Notes: a model not told the origin generated them from the letters alone. Shown: positions 19,253-28,956, counted from the stretch's first letter. The stretch is 64,000 nucleotides of DNA from Candidatus Dojkabacteria bacterium (GCA_035271645.1 DATERJ010000008.1:1051-65050); one strand, 5' to 3'. A program made the numbers and translations.

Positions 19253-19999
19253 ATGGCAAAATCCAAATTTATACAAATTGAAAGCAAGAATGCTCTTTTA
19301 GAGTTGTTAAAAGAGGGTAGGGACTTTGAGAGAATATATGCTGTTAGTAGTGGTTTTAAGGATGAGAAGAGTAAGGAGATTTTTCAATTAGCAGGTCAGA
19401 AGAGAATCCCTGTTATTAAAGTTTCTAGGAAGGCACTTCAGAGAAGGCTTAGATCTTCTGCTGCGGAGAGTGTTGTTGGATTGATGTATTCGGAGAATGA
19501 TTGGAGTCTTAAAGAGCTTTTGGATACAATTTACAAGGAAGGTAAACAACCATTTTTCTTGATTCTCGATGACATTAAGTATACACAGAATGTCGCTGCT
19601 ATTATGAGAACAGCTTTTGCAGTTGGAGTTAATGGCATTATCATCAATCCACAAAAGAAGAGCATCATATCTGATGAAACTATACGTATCTCTATGGGTG
19701 CTGCAGAGAGAGTACCTCTTGTAGAGATGAAGCTTTTTGAGGCACTTAAGGTTCTTAGAGAGAATGATATTAAGACATATGCAGTACATATGGATGGAAA
19801 GCATTACTACGAAGAGAATCTCAAGGGTCCTGTTGCATTTGTATTAGGTGCTGAAGATGTAGGTATTTCTACTGGAATACTTGAGAGAGTTGATGGTTCT
19901 CTATCTATTCCAATGAGAGAGGGTATTGGGTCATTAAATGTTAGTGCAACTGCAGCAGTATTGGTATATGAGAAGCTAAGGCAGGAAGTTAGGGGGTAG
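19253..19999 (+). CDS. TrmH/SpoU-family RNA 2'-O-methyltransferase
   Basis: SPOUT core (FVLGAEDVGIS, IPMREGIGSLNVSATAAV). Confidence 0.8.
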   Translation: MAKSKFIQIESKNALLELLKEGRDFERIYAVSSGFKDEKSKEIFQLAGQKRIPVIKVSRKALQRRLRSSAAESVVGLMYSENDWSLKELLDTIYKEGKQPFFLILDDIKYTQNVAAIMRTAFAVGVNGIIINPQKKSIISDETIRISMGAAERVPLVEMKLFEALKVLRENDIKTYAVHMDGKHYYEENLKGPVAFVLGAEDVGISTGILERVDGSLSIPMREGIGSLNVSATAAVLVYEKLRQEVRG

Positions 20000-20100
20000 T
20001 ATTAAAAAGTAATGAAATATCAACCTTTTCGATTTGACATGGTGTCCATTTCTGTTATATAATTAAGTATTAAATCCTCTATATCACTTAGGTGATAAAG

Positions 20101-20135
20101 AGCCAACGGGGGCTTCGGCCCCTTGTTCTCACAAT
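20101..20135. terminator. Bidirectional intrinsic terminator, GC stem gggggc/gccccc with a UUCG loop
   Basis: aacgggggcttcggcccccttgttctc lies between convergent trmH-like and parB. Confidence 0.55.
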
Positions 20136-20142
20136 AATTTTC

Positions 20143-20997
20143 TTACAACAACTTCCCCATTAAATCTTCCAATTCATCTACAGTATTATATCTAATGATA
20201 AGCTTACCACCCTTAGTCATCTTCTGAATATGTGCTGTATATCCTAGTTTCTTACTTAATTGTTCTGCATACTTTGAAGTCTTTGCATCAGTTGTCTTCC
20301 AAATTCTTGTTGTAGAACCTTTACCGTATGTAATCTTTCTTACCAAAGCTTCTGTCTCTCTTACACTTAGTCCTCTTTTCATAACAATATCAGCAGCTGC
20401 AATTAATGATGTGTTATCCTTAATACCCATCAAAGCTCTAGCATGACCTTCACTAATTTTTCCATTCAAAACATCCTCTTTGACAGGGTCTGGAAGATTT
20501 AGGAGCCTCAATTTGTTTGTAATTGTAGTTCTATCAAACCCCATCTTCTTAGCAATCTCATGATGTGCAAGACCAAACTCATCTTGCATCTGTTTGTATG
20601 CATATGCCTCCTCAAGAGGATTTAAGTCCTTTCTTTGAACATTCTCAACAATTGCAATCTCTAACATCTGCTGAGGTGAACTATCTTTAATTACAACTGG
20701 AACTCCCTTCAGACCTGCTAATTGTGCAGCCCTCAATCTTCTTTCTCCCGCAATTAGATAGTAGGAGTCAGTTCCTTTCTTTCTAGTAATGATGAGGGGT
20801 TGGATAATGCCATGTTCTCTGATGGAATCAGCTATCTCTATCAACTCTTCAGGCTCCATATGCATTCTAGGTTGATATGGATTTGGCTCTATCTTATCAA
20901 TATCAAAATGCTCAACAAATGAACTATTGGTATTCTCAATCTCATTTGTGCTAATTAATGCAGCTAAACCTTTTCCTAATCTTGCTTTTTCACTCAT
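20143..20997 (-). CDS. parB: Chromosome partitioning protein ParB/Spo0J
   Basis: ParB box LIAGERRLRAAQLAGL, HTH region, adjacent to parA. Confidence 0.9.
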   Translation of the reverse strand: MSEKARLGKGLAALISTNEIENTNSSFVEHFDIDKIEPNPYQPRMHMEPEELIEIADSIREHGIIQPLIITRKKGTDSYYLIAGERRLRAAQLAGLKGVPVVIKDSSPQQMLEIAIVENVQRKDLNPLEEAYAYKQMQDEFGLAHHEIAKKMGFDRTTITNKLRLLNLPDPVKEDVLNGKISEGHARALMGIKDNTSLIAAADIVMKRGLSVRETEALVRKITYGKGSTTRIWKTTDAKTSKYAEQLSKKLGYTAHIQKMTKGGKLIIRYNTVDELEDLMGKLL

Positions 20998-21014
20998 GTT
21001 TTTAAATTAAAATA

Positions 21015-21806
21015 TTAACTAAATCTTTTAATAAATTCGGTGGCAAGTTTTTTGTATGCCATTGCACCAGTAGACTTATCATCATATTGAAATATTGTTT
21101 GTCCATGAGAAGGAGATTCTGACAGTCTTACATTTCTAGGTACAACATTCTTAAATGCAACATCCTTAAAGAAATCTTTAACATCCTTTACAACACTTTC
21201 TGATAGTTTAGTTCTACTATCAAACATGGTTAAAATGACACCTCCAATTTTTAGCGATGGATTAACACCCTTAATCAATTTTGTAGTCTCAATGAGTTGT
21301 CCTAGGCCCTCTAAAGCGAAATATTCACACTGTATTGGAATTAACAACTTATCTGCAGCACAAAGAGCATTGATTGTCAGTAATCCTAAAGATGGAGGAC
21401 AGTCAATTATCACATAATCAAACTTCTCATTCATTGCCCCAAGAGCTTTCTTTAGTAATGTTTCCCTTGCTATTACATTGACCATTTCAATCTCTGCTCC
21501 TGCGAGAGAGAGATGAGAAGGTACGAGAAAAAGATTTTTAGTAGATGTACTGACAAATACCGAAGAGAGAGGTTCTTTATCTATCAGAACATCATATACA
21601 CTCTTGTACGGTGCTTCATCTGTTGAATTCCAACTGTCTTTATCAAACTGCTGGGTAAATCCAAGACCAGATGAAAGATTAGCTTGTGGATCTAGGTCAA
21701 TGAGTAGGACTTTTTTACCCTTCATGGCAAGTGCAGCACCTAAGTTCATAACTGTTGTAGTCTTTCCGACACCACCTTTTTGATTTGCAACAACAAAAGT
21801 CTTCAT
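21015..21806 (-). CDS. parA: Chromosome partitioning ATPase ParA/Soj
   Basis: Deviant Walker A NQKGGVGKTTT. Confidence 0.9.
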   Translation of the reverse strand: MKTFVVANQKGGVGKTTTVMNLGAALAMKGKKVLLIDLDPQANLSSGLGFTQQFDKDSWNSTDEAPYKSVYDVLIDKEPLSSVFVSTSTKNLFLVPSHLSLAGAEIEMVNVIARETLLKKALGAMNEKFDYVIIDCPPSLGLLTINALCAADKLLIPIQCEYFALEGLGQLIETTKLIKGVNPSLKIGGVILTMFDSRTKLSESVVKDVKDFFKDVAFKNVVPRNVRLSESPSHGQTIFQYDDKSTGAMAYKKLATEFIKRFS

Positions 21807-21838
21807 ATATTTAGCTTAACATGTTTCACACAACTTTG

Positions 21839-22444
21839 CTATATCGCATATTCCTCATGTTTGACCAATCTAAACACATTGAAAGGATAGTAAACAATCC
21901 AAGCTTTACCTTTAATATCCTTAACATCAATTGGTCCAAAAGCTCTAGAATCGGAGCTATGAGGTCTGTTATCCCCACATACAAAATATCTCCCCTGAGG
22001 TACATTTACAGTTTCTCCCTCCTTTAAAAACTCACCTCCATTTGTATATACACTATCACTTAGATAGTTTGATTCGTCTAAAAATTGACCATTAACATAC
22101 AACTTTCCATCCTTTAGCATAACGGTATCTCCGGGTAGTCCAATGATTCTTTTGATAAAGTCTTGAGTATCAGAATACTTAAAGATGATAACATCTCCTC
22201 GCTTCGGTTCAGCGAATTTGTACAAAATCTTGTTTGCCATTAGATATTCCCCATTCTTGTATGTTGGGTGCATAGAGTTACCAACAACTTCGTGTGGAGT
22301 CATTATGAAAAGGTAGAGAACAACAGAGATTACTAATGCTACGATAATAGTTTCTAAGAAAGAGAGTATGAATTTACCAATTGAACCAAATACTGATGAA
22401 ATTTTCTCTCCCGTTGTTAATATTTCTTCTTCTTGTTCGTACAT
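21839..22444 (-). CDS. lepB: Signal peptidase I
   Basis: Catalytic Ser region GNSMHPT, Lys box, GDNRPHSSDSR. Confidence 0.85.
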   Translation of the reverse strand: MYEQEEEILTTGEKISSVFGSIGKFILSFLETIIVALVISVVLYLFIMTPHEVVGNSMHPTYKNGEYLMANKILYKFAEPKRGDVIIFKYSDTQDFIKRIIGLPGDTVMLKDGKLYVNGQFLDESNYLSDSVYTNGGEFLKEGETVNVPQGRYFVCGDNRPHSSDSRAFGPIDVKDIKGKAWIVYYPFNVFRLVKHEEYAI

Positions 22445-22488
22445 TGTAATGGCAGTTAAAATATTATCGAATTAATCTAATTAAAAGT

Positions 22489-23211
22489 CTATTCCAATGT
22501 TGTATCCTTGTCAATTTTTTCTATATTGTACACATCATCAGCACTTTGTTCTAAGGAAATTTTCTCTCCCAGAAATGTTGGTTCTGGTTTTAACTGTGTA
22601 GAGAAGAAATCCTTGGTTTGGGCTAGAAACTCCCTACTTACACGAGCTGTATGTCCACTTAAGATATTCTTTGTTGCATTAACTCCTACAACATCGATAT
22701 CCATAGAGTTAGCGATGTATATGGCACGATAGAGGTGGTATTCTTGGGTGACAATAATCATCTTAGATATACCGAAGATATATTCTGCTCTGTATATACT
22801 TTCGTATGTAGAAAAACCTGCATAGTCCATGAAGATATCTTCTGAAGGAACTCCTTGCTCAAAGGCATATTTTCTCATAGCGCTAACTTCATCGTAATGA
22901 ATACTTCCATTATCACCACTCATTAGTATCTTTGGAGCAACACCTTCATTGTACAAATATATTCCTGTATCTAATCTTTCTTTAAGAATTGGAGTAGGGT
23001 ATCCTTTAATTATACCTCCACCAAGTATTAGTATTGCTTGATATCCATCATTACCACTTTCTGCAAGTTGTTCTTGGGTATATATTTGTGGTTTAGTACT
23101 CTTTTCGACATGAAGGTGAATGGAGAAAAGAGATGTTAAAGAAAAAAAGAATACAGCGATGATTCCGATTAAGAAAAACCTTAATTTTGGTTTAGTTTGA
23201 GAATGTTCCAT
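22489..23211 (-). CDS. DUF218 (SanA/YdcF-like) membrane-anchored protein
   Basis: N-terminal TM and a DUF218-like core (ILILGGG..., MSGDNG). Confidence 0.65.
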   Translation of the reverse strand: MEHSQTKPKLRFFLIGIIAVFFFSLTSLFSIHLHVEKSTKPQIYTQEQLAESGNDGYQAILILGGGIIKGYPTPILKERLDTGIYLYNEGVAPKILMSGDNGSIHYDEVSAMRKYAFEQGVPSEDIFMDYAGFSTYESIYRAEYIFGISKMIIVTQEYHLYRAIYIANSMDIDVVGVNATKNILSGHTARVSREFLAQTKDFFSTQLKPEPTFLGEKISLEQSADDVYNIEKIDKDTTLE

Positions 23212-23213
23212 AT

Positions 23214-23483
23214 TTACGTTGTCTTCAATTTGTTTCTCTCAATTGCTTGGATTATTTCTTTTAGTTTTTCTTCCAACAATTCTTTATCTATCAATCTTAA
23301 TTTGTATTCTGATACCATTGTTGGTGACAATGTTCTACTGATAGTATATTCTACAACTTTTGCGTTTTTACTGGAACATAGTATAACACCAACACTAGGG
23401 TTTTCATTGTTACTCCGACCCAATTGTCGTACCAGTGGTGCGACTTTTCTAGATTCCTCATTCTCATTGCTTTTTGAATTCAA
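23214..23483 (-). pseudogene. C-terminal remnant (about 75 aa) of a DUF1016/YhcG-type PDDEXK nuclease
   Basis: NENPSVGVILCSSKNAKVVEYTISRTLSPTMVSEYKL matches the conserved C-terminus of YhcG-like nucleases. The N-terminal roughly 250 aa are absent, with only 65 bp to the tRNA. Confidence 0.6.
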
Positions 23484-23548
23484 TATGTCACCTTTTACTT
23501 ACCAATGAAAAACAAGCTAATAATACAATCCTGTTTAGAATTTTTGAG

Positions 23549-23624
23549 TGGTACCGCTACGGGGAATCGAACCCCGGTTTACAGGATGAAAACCTGTTGT
23601 CCTAGACCACTAGACGATAGCGGC
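23549..23624 (-). tRNA. tRNA-Glu (UUC), CCA encoded
   Basis: Reverse complement folds as a cloverleaf: anticodon stem ACAGG/CCTGT, loop TTTTCAT, T-loop TTCGATT, G1-U72 wobble. Confidence 0.8.
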
Positions 23625-23666
23625 ATATCGGAGTAATTCTACTATAATTATGATATTTTGTGAAGG

Positions 23667-23927
23667 CTACCAAGACTTACCCTTCGCAATGTTATTTATT
23701 AACTGTTGTTCCTCTGCAAATGTTGCTCTTTTGAATCCAGCTAATTCCTTCTCATATACATATCTTCTCTTACATTTACACTCAACCATTATTCTGTTTT
23801 CAGAAAGATTTCCTAACTTCTTTGCTTTTGTTAATGGGTATGTACATCCTACACAGAGTTTACGCTCTAGGAGTACATCTTGAAATGGCCTTATTATTTT
23901 CTTAAACATACTTAGGTATTCTATCAT
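23667..23927 (-). CDS. Small zinc-ribbon-like protein (CxxC...CxC), unknown function
   Basis: 86-aa ORF with four Cys spaced as a ribbon (CVGC...CKC). Confidence 0.45.
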   Translation of the reverse strand: MIEYLSMFKKIIRPFQDVLLERKLCVGCTYPLTKAKKLGNLSENRIMVECKCKRRYVYEKELAGFKRATFAEEQQLINNIAKGKSW

Positions 23928-24050
23928 ATATTAAAAAAAATTGGTTAACTTATAGTGTAGCTTTTTCTTTTGTATGTTGGTATAATGCGGATGTATATTC
24001 ACATTTGTGGATTACGATCTTTAAAAACTTACGAAAAAGGAGAAAATAGA

Positions 24051-24338
24051 ATGATGACTATTTCAAAAGATCAAGCTTTTGAACTTAAGGTGTGGGATTG
24101 TATTCCTAATCACATAACCAAGTCCTGTGTCTGTGAAGATATTACAGATAAAAGAGCATGCTTAAGGGATATAAGATGGTTGATTTATATTGCCAATATA
24201 CTTCAACAACCACAACCAACTTTTTATCGAATAGGTAATCAATGGGGGGTTGAGATTCCAGCAGGGTTGAATGATGAAGATGCTGAAGGTGTGTACAAGT
24301 TTATCTTAGGCATTGACAAGGAGGATGAAGGAGAATGA
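24051..24338 (+). CDS. Hypothetical protein A (95 aa from the ATG at 24051), Cys-containing, acidic tail
   Basis: Strong RBS aaaaaggagaaaa upstream of the ATG at 24051. Overlaps the next ORF by ATGA. Confidence 0.5.
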   Translation: MMTISKDQAFELKVWDCIPNHITKSCVCEDITDKRACLRDIRWLIYIANILQQPQPTFYRIGNQWGVEIPAGLNDEDAEGVYKFILGIDKEDEGE

Positions 24339-25261
24339 AAATGAAAATGAAAAAACAGGCTAAGTACAGGGTAAAGTATTTTACAGATGATTTAGAGGAT
24401 ATTCTTCAACTTTTGGTTGAAGAAACTATCATTGATCAACATGCAAAGTATACTGATTATGATGGTATCTTGATTGTTGCCAAACCAGGTGATACTGTGA
24501 AATCTTTGCGAATGCAATACTTCACAAAATGTAATGAAAAGATTCTTCGTTATTACCAAAGTGCTAGGGATGAGAGTATCCAATATCGGAATATGAAAGC
24601 GTTAAAGGCATTAGAAGAAGATGATGATATTGAATATCTTCTTGTACAAGCTTCTGCTAAGAAAAGACGTAGAGAACAACAGAAATATCGTTTACGTACA
24701 TATCCAAGGGATTGTATATATGATGTTGTGAAGGAATTTGCTCGACACCTTCAGACAGTTCAGCATCCTATGTATTTCTTTCTGAATGATGTTCTTGTTG
24801 TAGGCTATCCAGGAGATTCTGAGAAGTCACTTTATCTACAATATAAGCAGAAGAGAAAAGAAGTTTTCCAAAAATATATAGAAAGTGCAACACATATGAG
24901 ATATCTGTATCTTTATAATTTGGAAAGGAGCAAACGAACCAAAGAACGTCAATTTATTCGAGGATTAATTCGTGATGAAGAATTCCAAATTAAGACAGGT
25001 AAGGAGACAGAGTATGAGGAGCGCATGAATGGACACACTACTCTAGTACTTAAATATGCTGACAGACTTGCACGGGCTTTACAGGTCCGAATCCGAGAAG
25101 GATTGGAACTGGGAGAGGCTCTTGGTGAACTTCTGCTGGTATGTGATTGGGATTTAATTTTGACCGAAGATATGGTGCATCGTGTCTTTGCGATTCTTAA
25201 AGATTATTGGAAGTATGGAGATGTACTTGCTAATTGGTTGGAAACTCCTTTAGAAACGTAA
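24335..25261 (+). CDS. Hypothetical protein B (308 aa), basic, with an internal tandem duplication
   Basis: Two homologous segments: ILIVAKPGDTVKSLRMQYFTKCNEKILRYYQS and VLVVGYPGDSEKSLYLQYKQKRKEVFQKYIES. RBS aaggagg. Many CGN Arg codons, unlike the rest of the window. Confidence 0.6.
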   Translation: MKMKMKKQAKYRVKYFTDDLEDILQLLVEETIIDQHAKYTDYDGILIVAKPGDTVKSLRMQYFTKCNEKILRYYQSARDESIQYRNMKALKALEEDDDIEYLLVQASAKKRRREQQKYRLRTYPRDCIYDVVKEFARHLQTVQHPMYFFLNDVLVVGYPGDSEKSLYLQYKQKRKEVFQKYIESATHMRYLYLYNLERSKRTKERQFIRGLIRDEEFQIKTGKETEYEERMNGHTTLVLKYADRLARALQVRIREGLELGEALGELLLVCDWDLILTEDMVHRVFAILKDYWKYGDVLANWLETPLET

Positions 25262-25499
25262 GTTTTAACCACAAAGCACCAAAAGAGGTGGGATATGTAT
25301 ACTTAATGTATATTTTAATATCTCTACTACCTCAATTGGTGCTTTTTTCTTTAAGTATTTAAAAGAAAAACTGTAATTTTAGAGAACAAAAAGATATAGC
25401 TTGAAAATTAAGAGGAAATTTTTGCGTAAATGTTTCAGCTTGTAGTAAGAATGTATATAAAGTATAATTTACAATATCTAACCTTTTAAAATTGTTACT

Positions 25500-26069
25500 A
25501 TGGCACCTACAATAGAACAGTTTCTAGATAATTATTTAAAAGCAGATGAACAGTTATTTGAATATGTTTGTGGTACTCTTGTGTCTAAGGCAGATAATGA
25601 GTATAAGAGGTTTAAAGAGCTAATTCCCGAGGACGAAATAGATGTTTTGCACGAGATGCCTTTGGCTTTGGCACTAGAAAAGTTAAAGACTAAAGGTATT
25701 ATGTATGAAATACCTTGGAGTGGTGAGACTATGGCTTGGGGTTGTGAGCATATAGTATTATTAAAAAACAGGGAAAAAGGTGACCTTGTACATTTAGGTG
25801 TTACCTTAGATGCCGAAACTTTTGAAGAAGTTTTTCCTAGGCTTTTTAACCAAGTTGATTTTACTGTCTCAGAAAAATCTTTTGATGAAGATTGGAATCC
25901 AGATAATGGTTTTGTGCAATATGATGGTACAAAGTATATCGTTGATTTAGATATAACCAATACATCACTTGGGTATGATTTAAGGATTACAGAAGTTGGT
26001 AAAACAATGGCATTAGCTGCTCAAGCTTGTGGAGAACAGAGTTCATTAGATGATGAAAATGGAGATTAG
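25500..26069 (+). CDS. Hypothetical protein C (189 aa), acidic
   Basis: ORF with G/C-ending codons unlike its neighbours. No recognisable motif. Ends 23 bp before trmD. Confidence 0.5.
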   Translation: MAPTIEQFLDNYLKADEQLFEYVCGTLVSKADNEYKRFKELIPEDEIDVLHEMPLALALEKLKTKGIMYEIPWSGETMAWGCEHIVLLKNREKGDLVHLGVTLDAETFEEVFPRLFNQVDFTVSEKSFDEDWNPDNGFVQYDGTKYIVDLDITNTSLGYDLRITEVGKTMALAAQACGEQSSLDDENGD

Positions 26070-26092
26070 AGGAATTCTTTAGTATAAATAAT

Positions 26093-26740
26093 ATGCCAAG
26101 ATTCGATATAATAACAATATTTCCTAAAACAATAGAGGAATATATAAATACAGGAATAGTAAGAATAGCAAGAGAAAAAGGTCTTGTTGAAATTAATGTT
26201 CATGATCTAAGAAAATGGACTACTGACAAACATAAAACAGTAGATGACACACCATATGGAGGAGGCCCTGGAATGATAATGAAGATAGAACCAATATACA
26301 AAGCTATTCAAGAATTAAAAAAAGAAAACACTCTTGTTGCAATTACAACACCCAAAGGAGAACAACTTAAACAAAAGAAATTACTAAAATTCTCTCAAGA
26401 GAAAAACTTACATATGATAATACTCTGTGGAAGATATGAGGGTTTTGATCAAAGAATACATGACCATTTAGTAGATTATGAATTCTCAATAGGGGAGTAT
26501 GTACTTTCTGGAGGAGAACTTCCTGCCCTTGTATTGGTAGATGGTATTACAAGACTAATACCAGGAGTTTTAGGTAATGAATTGTCTTTAGATGAAGAAA
26601 CATTTAATGATAATTCATTGGAATATCCTCAATATACCAAGCCTGATGAGTTTAATGGTTGGAGAGTACCTGATGTCCTTTTGTCTGGTAATCATAAGGA
26701 AATAGAGGATTACCGCAAAAAGAGCAAGAAAATGGTATAA
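26093..26740 (+). CDS. trmD: tRNA (guanine37-N1)-methyltransferase
   Basis: MPRFDIITIFP N-terminus and a SPOUT-type TrmD core (VDGITRLIPGVLGNELS). Confidence 0.9.
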   Translation: MPRFDIITIFPKTIEEYINTGIVRIAREKGLVEINVHDLRKWTTDKHKTVDDTPYGGGPGMIMKIEPIYKAIQELKKENTLVAITTPKGEQLKQKKLLKFSQEKNLHMIILCGRYEGFDQRIHDHLVDYEFSIGEYVLSGGELPALVLVDGITRLIPGVLGNELSLDEETFNDNSLEYPQYTKPDEFNGWRVPDVLLSGNHKEIEDYRKKSKKMV

Positions 26741-26770
26741 TCTACAAATTCATTTCAAATATTTAGTGCT

Positions 26771-28306
26771 ATGGAAGATATTACAAGCGATTTAATTGGA
26801 CAAAGAAATGTCAGGATTGAGAAAGTAAAGAAACTCAGAGAGTTGGGGATTGACCCATATCCTGCAAAAACGCATAGAGAGGAAAAGATAGGTGATGTGG
26901 TTGAGAATTTTGAGAAATATGAAGGCAAAGAGACATGTTTGGTAGGCCGAGTTATGGCATGGAGAGAGCATGGGAAGTTAGTTTTTGGTGATATCAGAGA
27001 TCAGTCTGGAAATATTCAGATAATGATCAAGCAAGATAATTTGGCTGAGGATTTGAAGAAGGGATATTTAGGTTGGGAGCATCTTTCACTTTTGGATTTA
27101 GCTGATTTTGTTGAAGTATATGGAACAATCGGTAAATCCAAAACGGGACAGATTACTATCATGGTAGAGTATATTCGATTACTTTCTAAAGCCATTAGAC
27201 CAATTCCTAGAGAACTTAAGAGTAAGGAACAGAAATTTAGAAGAAGATATTTAGACTTAGTCATTCACCCAGACAAGATGAGGCTATTTGAAAGGAAAGC
27301 TAAATTTTGGCAAGTACAGAGGGATTTCTTAAGAAAAGAAGGATTTATGGAAGTGGAAGTTCCAATTATGGAACCGGTAACAGGTGGAGCAGATGCACGA
27401 CCATTTATTACACATCATAATGCACTTGATCAGGAGTTCTATCTTAGAATCTCAACTGAATTGTATCAAAAGAGGTTAATAGGTGCCGGTTTTGAAAAGA
27501 TATATACCTTTGGTCCACATTTTAGAAATGAAGGTATGGATGATGAACATCTTCAAGAATTCTATGATATCGAATGGTATTGGGCATATGCTGATTACAA
27601 AGATAACATGAAGTTGGTAAGAGAACTATTCTTAGAGATTGCAAAGAAAGTGTATGGAAAGACAGAATTTGAAACAAGAGGACATAAGTTTGATTTAGCA
27701 GATGAATGGAAGGAGATAGACTATGCAACGACAATTAAAGATCACTTTGGAATTGATATTTTTAAGGATAGTGATGAGAAGATTCTTGAAGTGATTGAGA
27801 AGAATAATATTGAGATGGGTGGGGAGGTGAATAGGAATAGAATGATTGATACTCTTTGGAAGGATATTAGGACTAAGATATCAGGACCAGCATTTCTTGT
27901 TAATCAACCAAAGTTTATTTCACCATTGGCTAAATCACATGAGGATAATGAAGAACTAACACAGAGATTCCAAGTGATAATAGCAGGTAGTGAGTTAGGT
28001 AACGGATATACAGAGATTAATGACCCTCAAGACCAATTAGAAAGATTCTTAGAGCAACAGGCATTAAGAGAAAGTGGAGATGAGGAAGCACATATGTTGG
28101 ATATAGATTTTGTAGAGATGTTAGAGTACGGTATGCCTCCTGTTAGTGGGTATGGTCATAGTGAAAGGATATTCTGGTTTATGGAAGATGTTACTGCAAG
28201 AGAGGGAACTTTCTTCCCACAGATGAGAATAGAGGTTGAGAATCTCACTAAGGAAATTTACAAAGACAAAGTGAAGTTTGAGGATACAAAGAAGAAAAAG
28301 AAGTAG
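26771..28306 (+). CDS. lysS: Lysyl-tRNA synthetase (class II)
   Basis: OB-fold N-terminus and class II motifs (FRNEGMD, GGEV, GYGHSERI). Confidence 0.9.
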   Translation: MEDITSDLIGQRNVRIEKVKKLRELGIDPYPAKTHREEKIGDVVENFEKYEGKETCLVGRVMAWREHGKLVFGDIRDQSGNIQIMIKQDNLAEDLKKGYLGWEHLSLLDLADFVEVYGTIGKSKTGQITIMVEYIRLLSKAIRPIPRELKSKEQKFRRRYLDLVIHPDKMRLFERKAKFWQVQRDFLRKEGFMEVEVPIMEPVTGGADARPFITHHNALDQEFYLRISTELYQKRLIGAGFEKIYTFGPHFRNEGMDDEHLQEFYDIEWYWAYADYKDNMKLVRELFLEIAKKVYGKTEFETRGHKFDLADEWKEIDYATTIKDHFGIDIFKDSDEKILEVIEKNNIEMGGEVNRNRMIDTLWKDIRTKISGPAFLVNQPKFISPLAKSHEDNEELTQRFQVIIAGSELGNGYTEINDPQDQLERFLEQQALRESGDEEAHMLDIDFVEMLEYGMPPVSGYGHSERIFWFMEDVTAREGTFFPQMRIEVENLTKEIYKDKVKFEDTKKKKK

Positions 28307-28320
28307 TTTCTAAAAAAGCT

Positions 28321-28956
28321 ATGTCAAAAGTTTTTAAACTTCAATTTCAAAAATCTAATAGTAAGAAGATAGATTCTTTCTACAAGAAAGCAATGGAAGA
28401 GTTAAGTGAGTTCTACCAGCTTAATTGGAATAGGAATACTCCTTTTATTTATCTTGTTGATAGTAGGGAAGATTATGATAAGTTGAATGGTTTTAAGACA
28501 GAACCTTGGGTTGTAGCATCTGCTTTTGAAAATGGTGTTCTTATGTTATCTCCAGAGAGTTATGAGAAAGAGAGTACACATAAATATTCAGATGATGAGT
28601 ATTTCTCTCTTGTAAAACATGAATTCAGTCATCTTTTCTACAATATATTTGCTAAAAATAATTACCCTGTATGGTTAAGTGAGGGTTTTGCAATATATTC
28701 ATCTGGTCAGTTAGCTACTAAGAAGAGACCAAAGAAGTTAAGTAAATTTCTTAATTATTATTCACAAGGAGGAGCAGATGTGTATGAAGAGTCTGGGTTT
28801 GTAGTAGAGGGTTTGATTAAGAAGTTTGGGAGAGAGAAAGTTATGAAGTTTATCAAACTATTACCTAATGTTAGAGGAGAAAGAGTGTTTAAAGAAGCTT
28901 TTGAGAAGTTTTTTGATTTAGAATTAAGTTATGAGAGTATTCAGGAGTTGTTATAA
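28321..28956 (+). CDS. Putative zinc metallopeptidase-like protein (HExxH + downstream E)
   Basis: HEFSH at about aa 100 and WLSEGFA about 20 aa later, a gluzincin-like arrangement. Otherwise unknown. Confidence 0.45.
   Translation: MSKVFKLQFQKSNSKKIDSFYKKAMEELSEFYQLNWNRNTPFIYLVDSREDYDKLNGFKTEPWVVASAFENGVLMLSPESYEKESTHKYSDDEYFSLVKHEFSHLFYNIFAKNNYPVWLSEGFAIYSSGQLATKKRPKKLSKFLNYYSQGGADVYEESGFVVEGLIKKFGREKVMKFIKLLPNVRGERVFKEAFEKFFDLELSYESIQELL

Noticed and set aside
21800-21860. A parS-like half-site (tgtttcac) upstream of parA
   Set aside because: Only half of the TGTTTCACGTGAAACA consensus is present. I could find no full 16-bp parS by eye near parAB.
23970-24050. The 5' extension of protein A giving a 122-aa product
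   Set aside because: The extension runs through an AT-rich promoter-like region. A strong RBS precedes the internal ATG at 24051, so the shorter 95-aa product is preferred.
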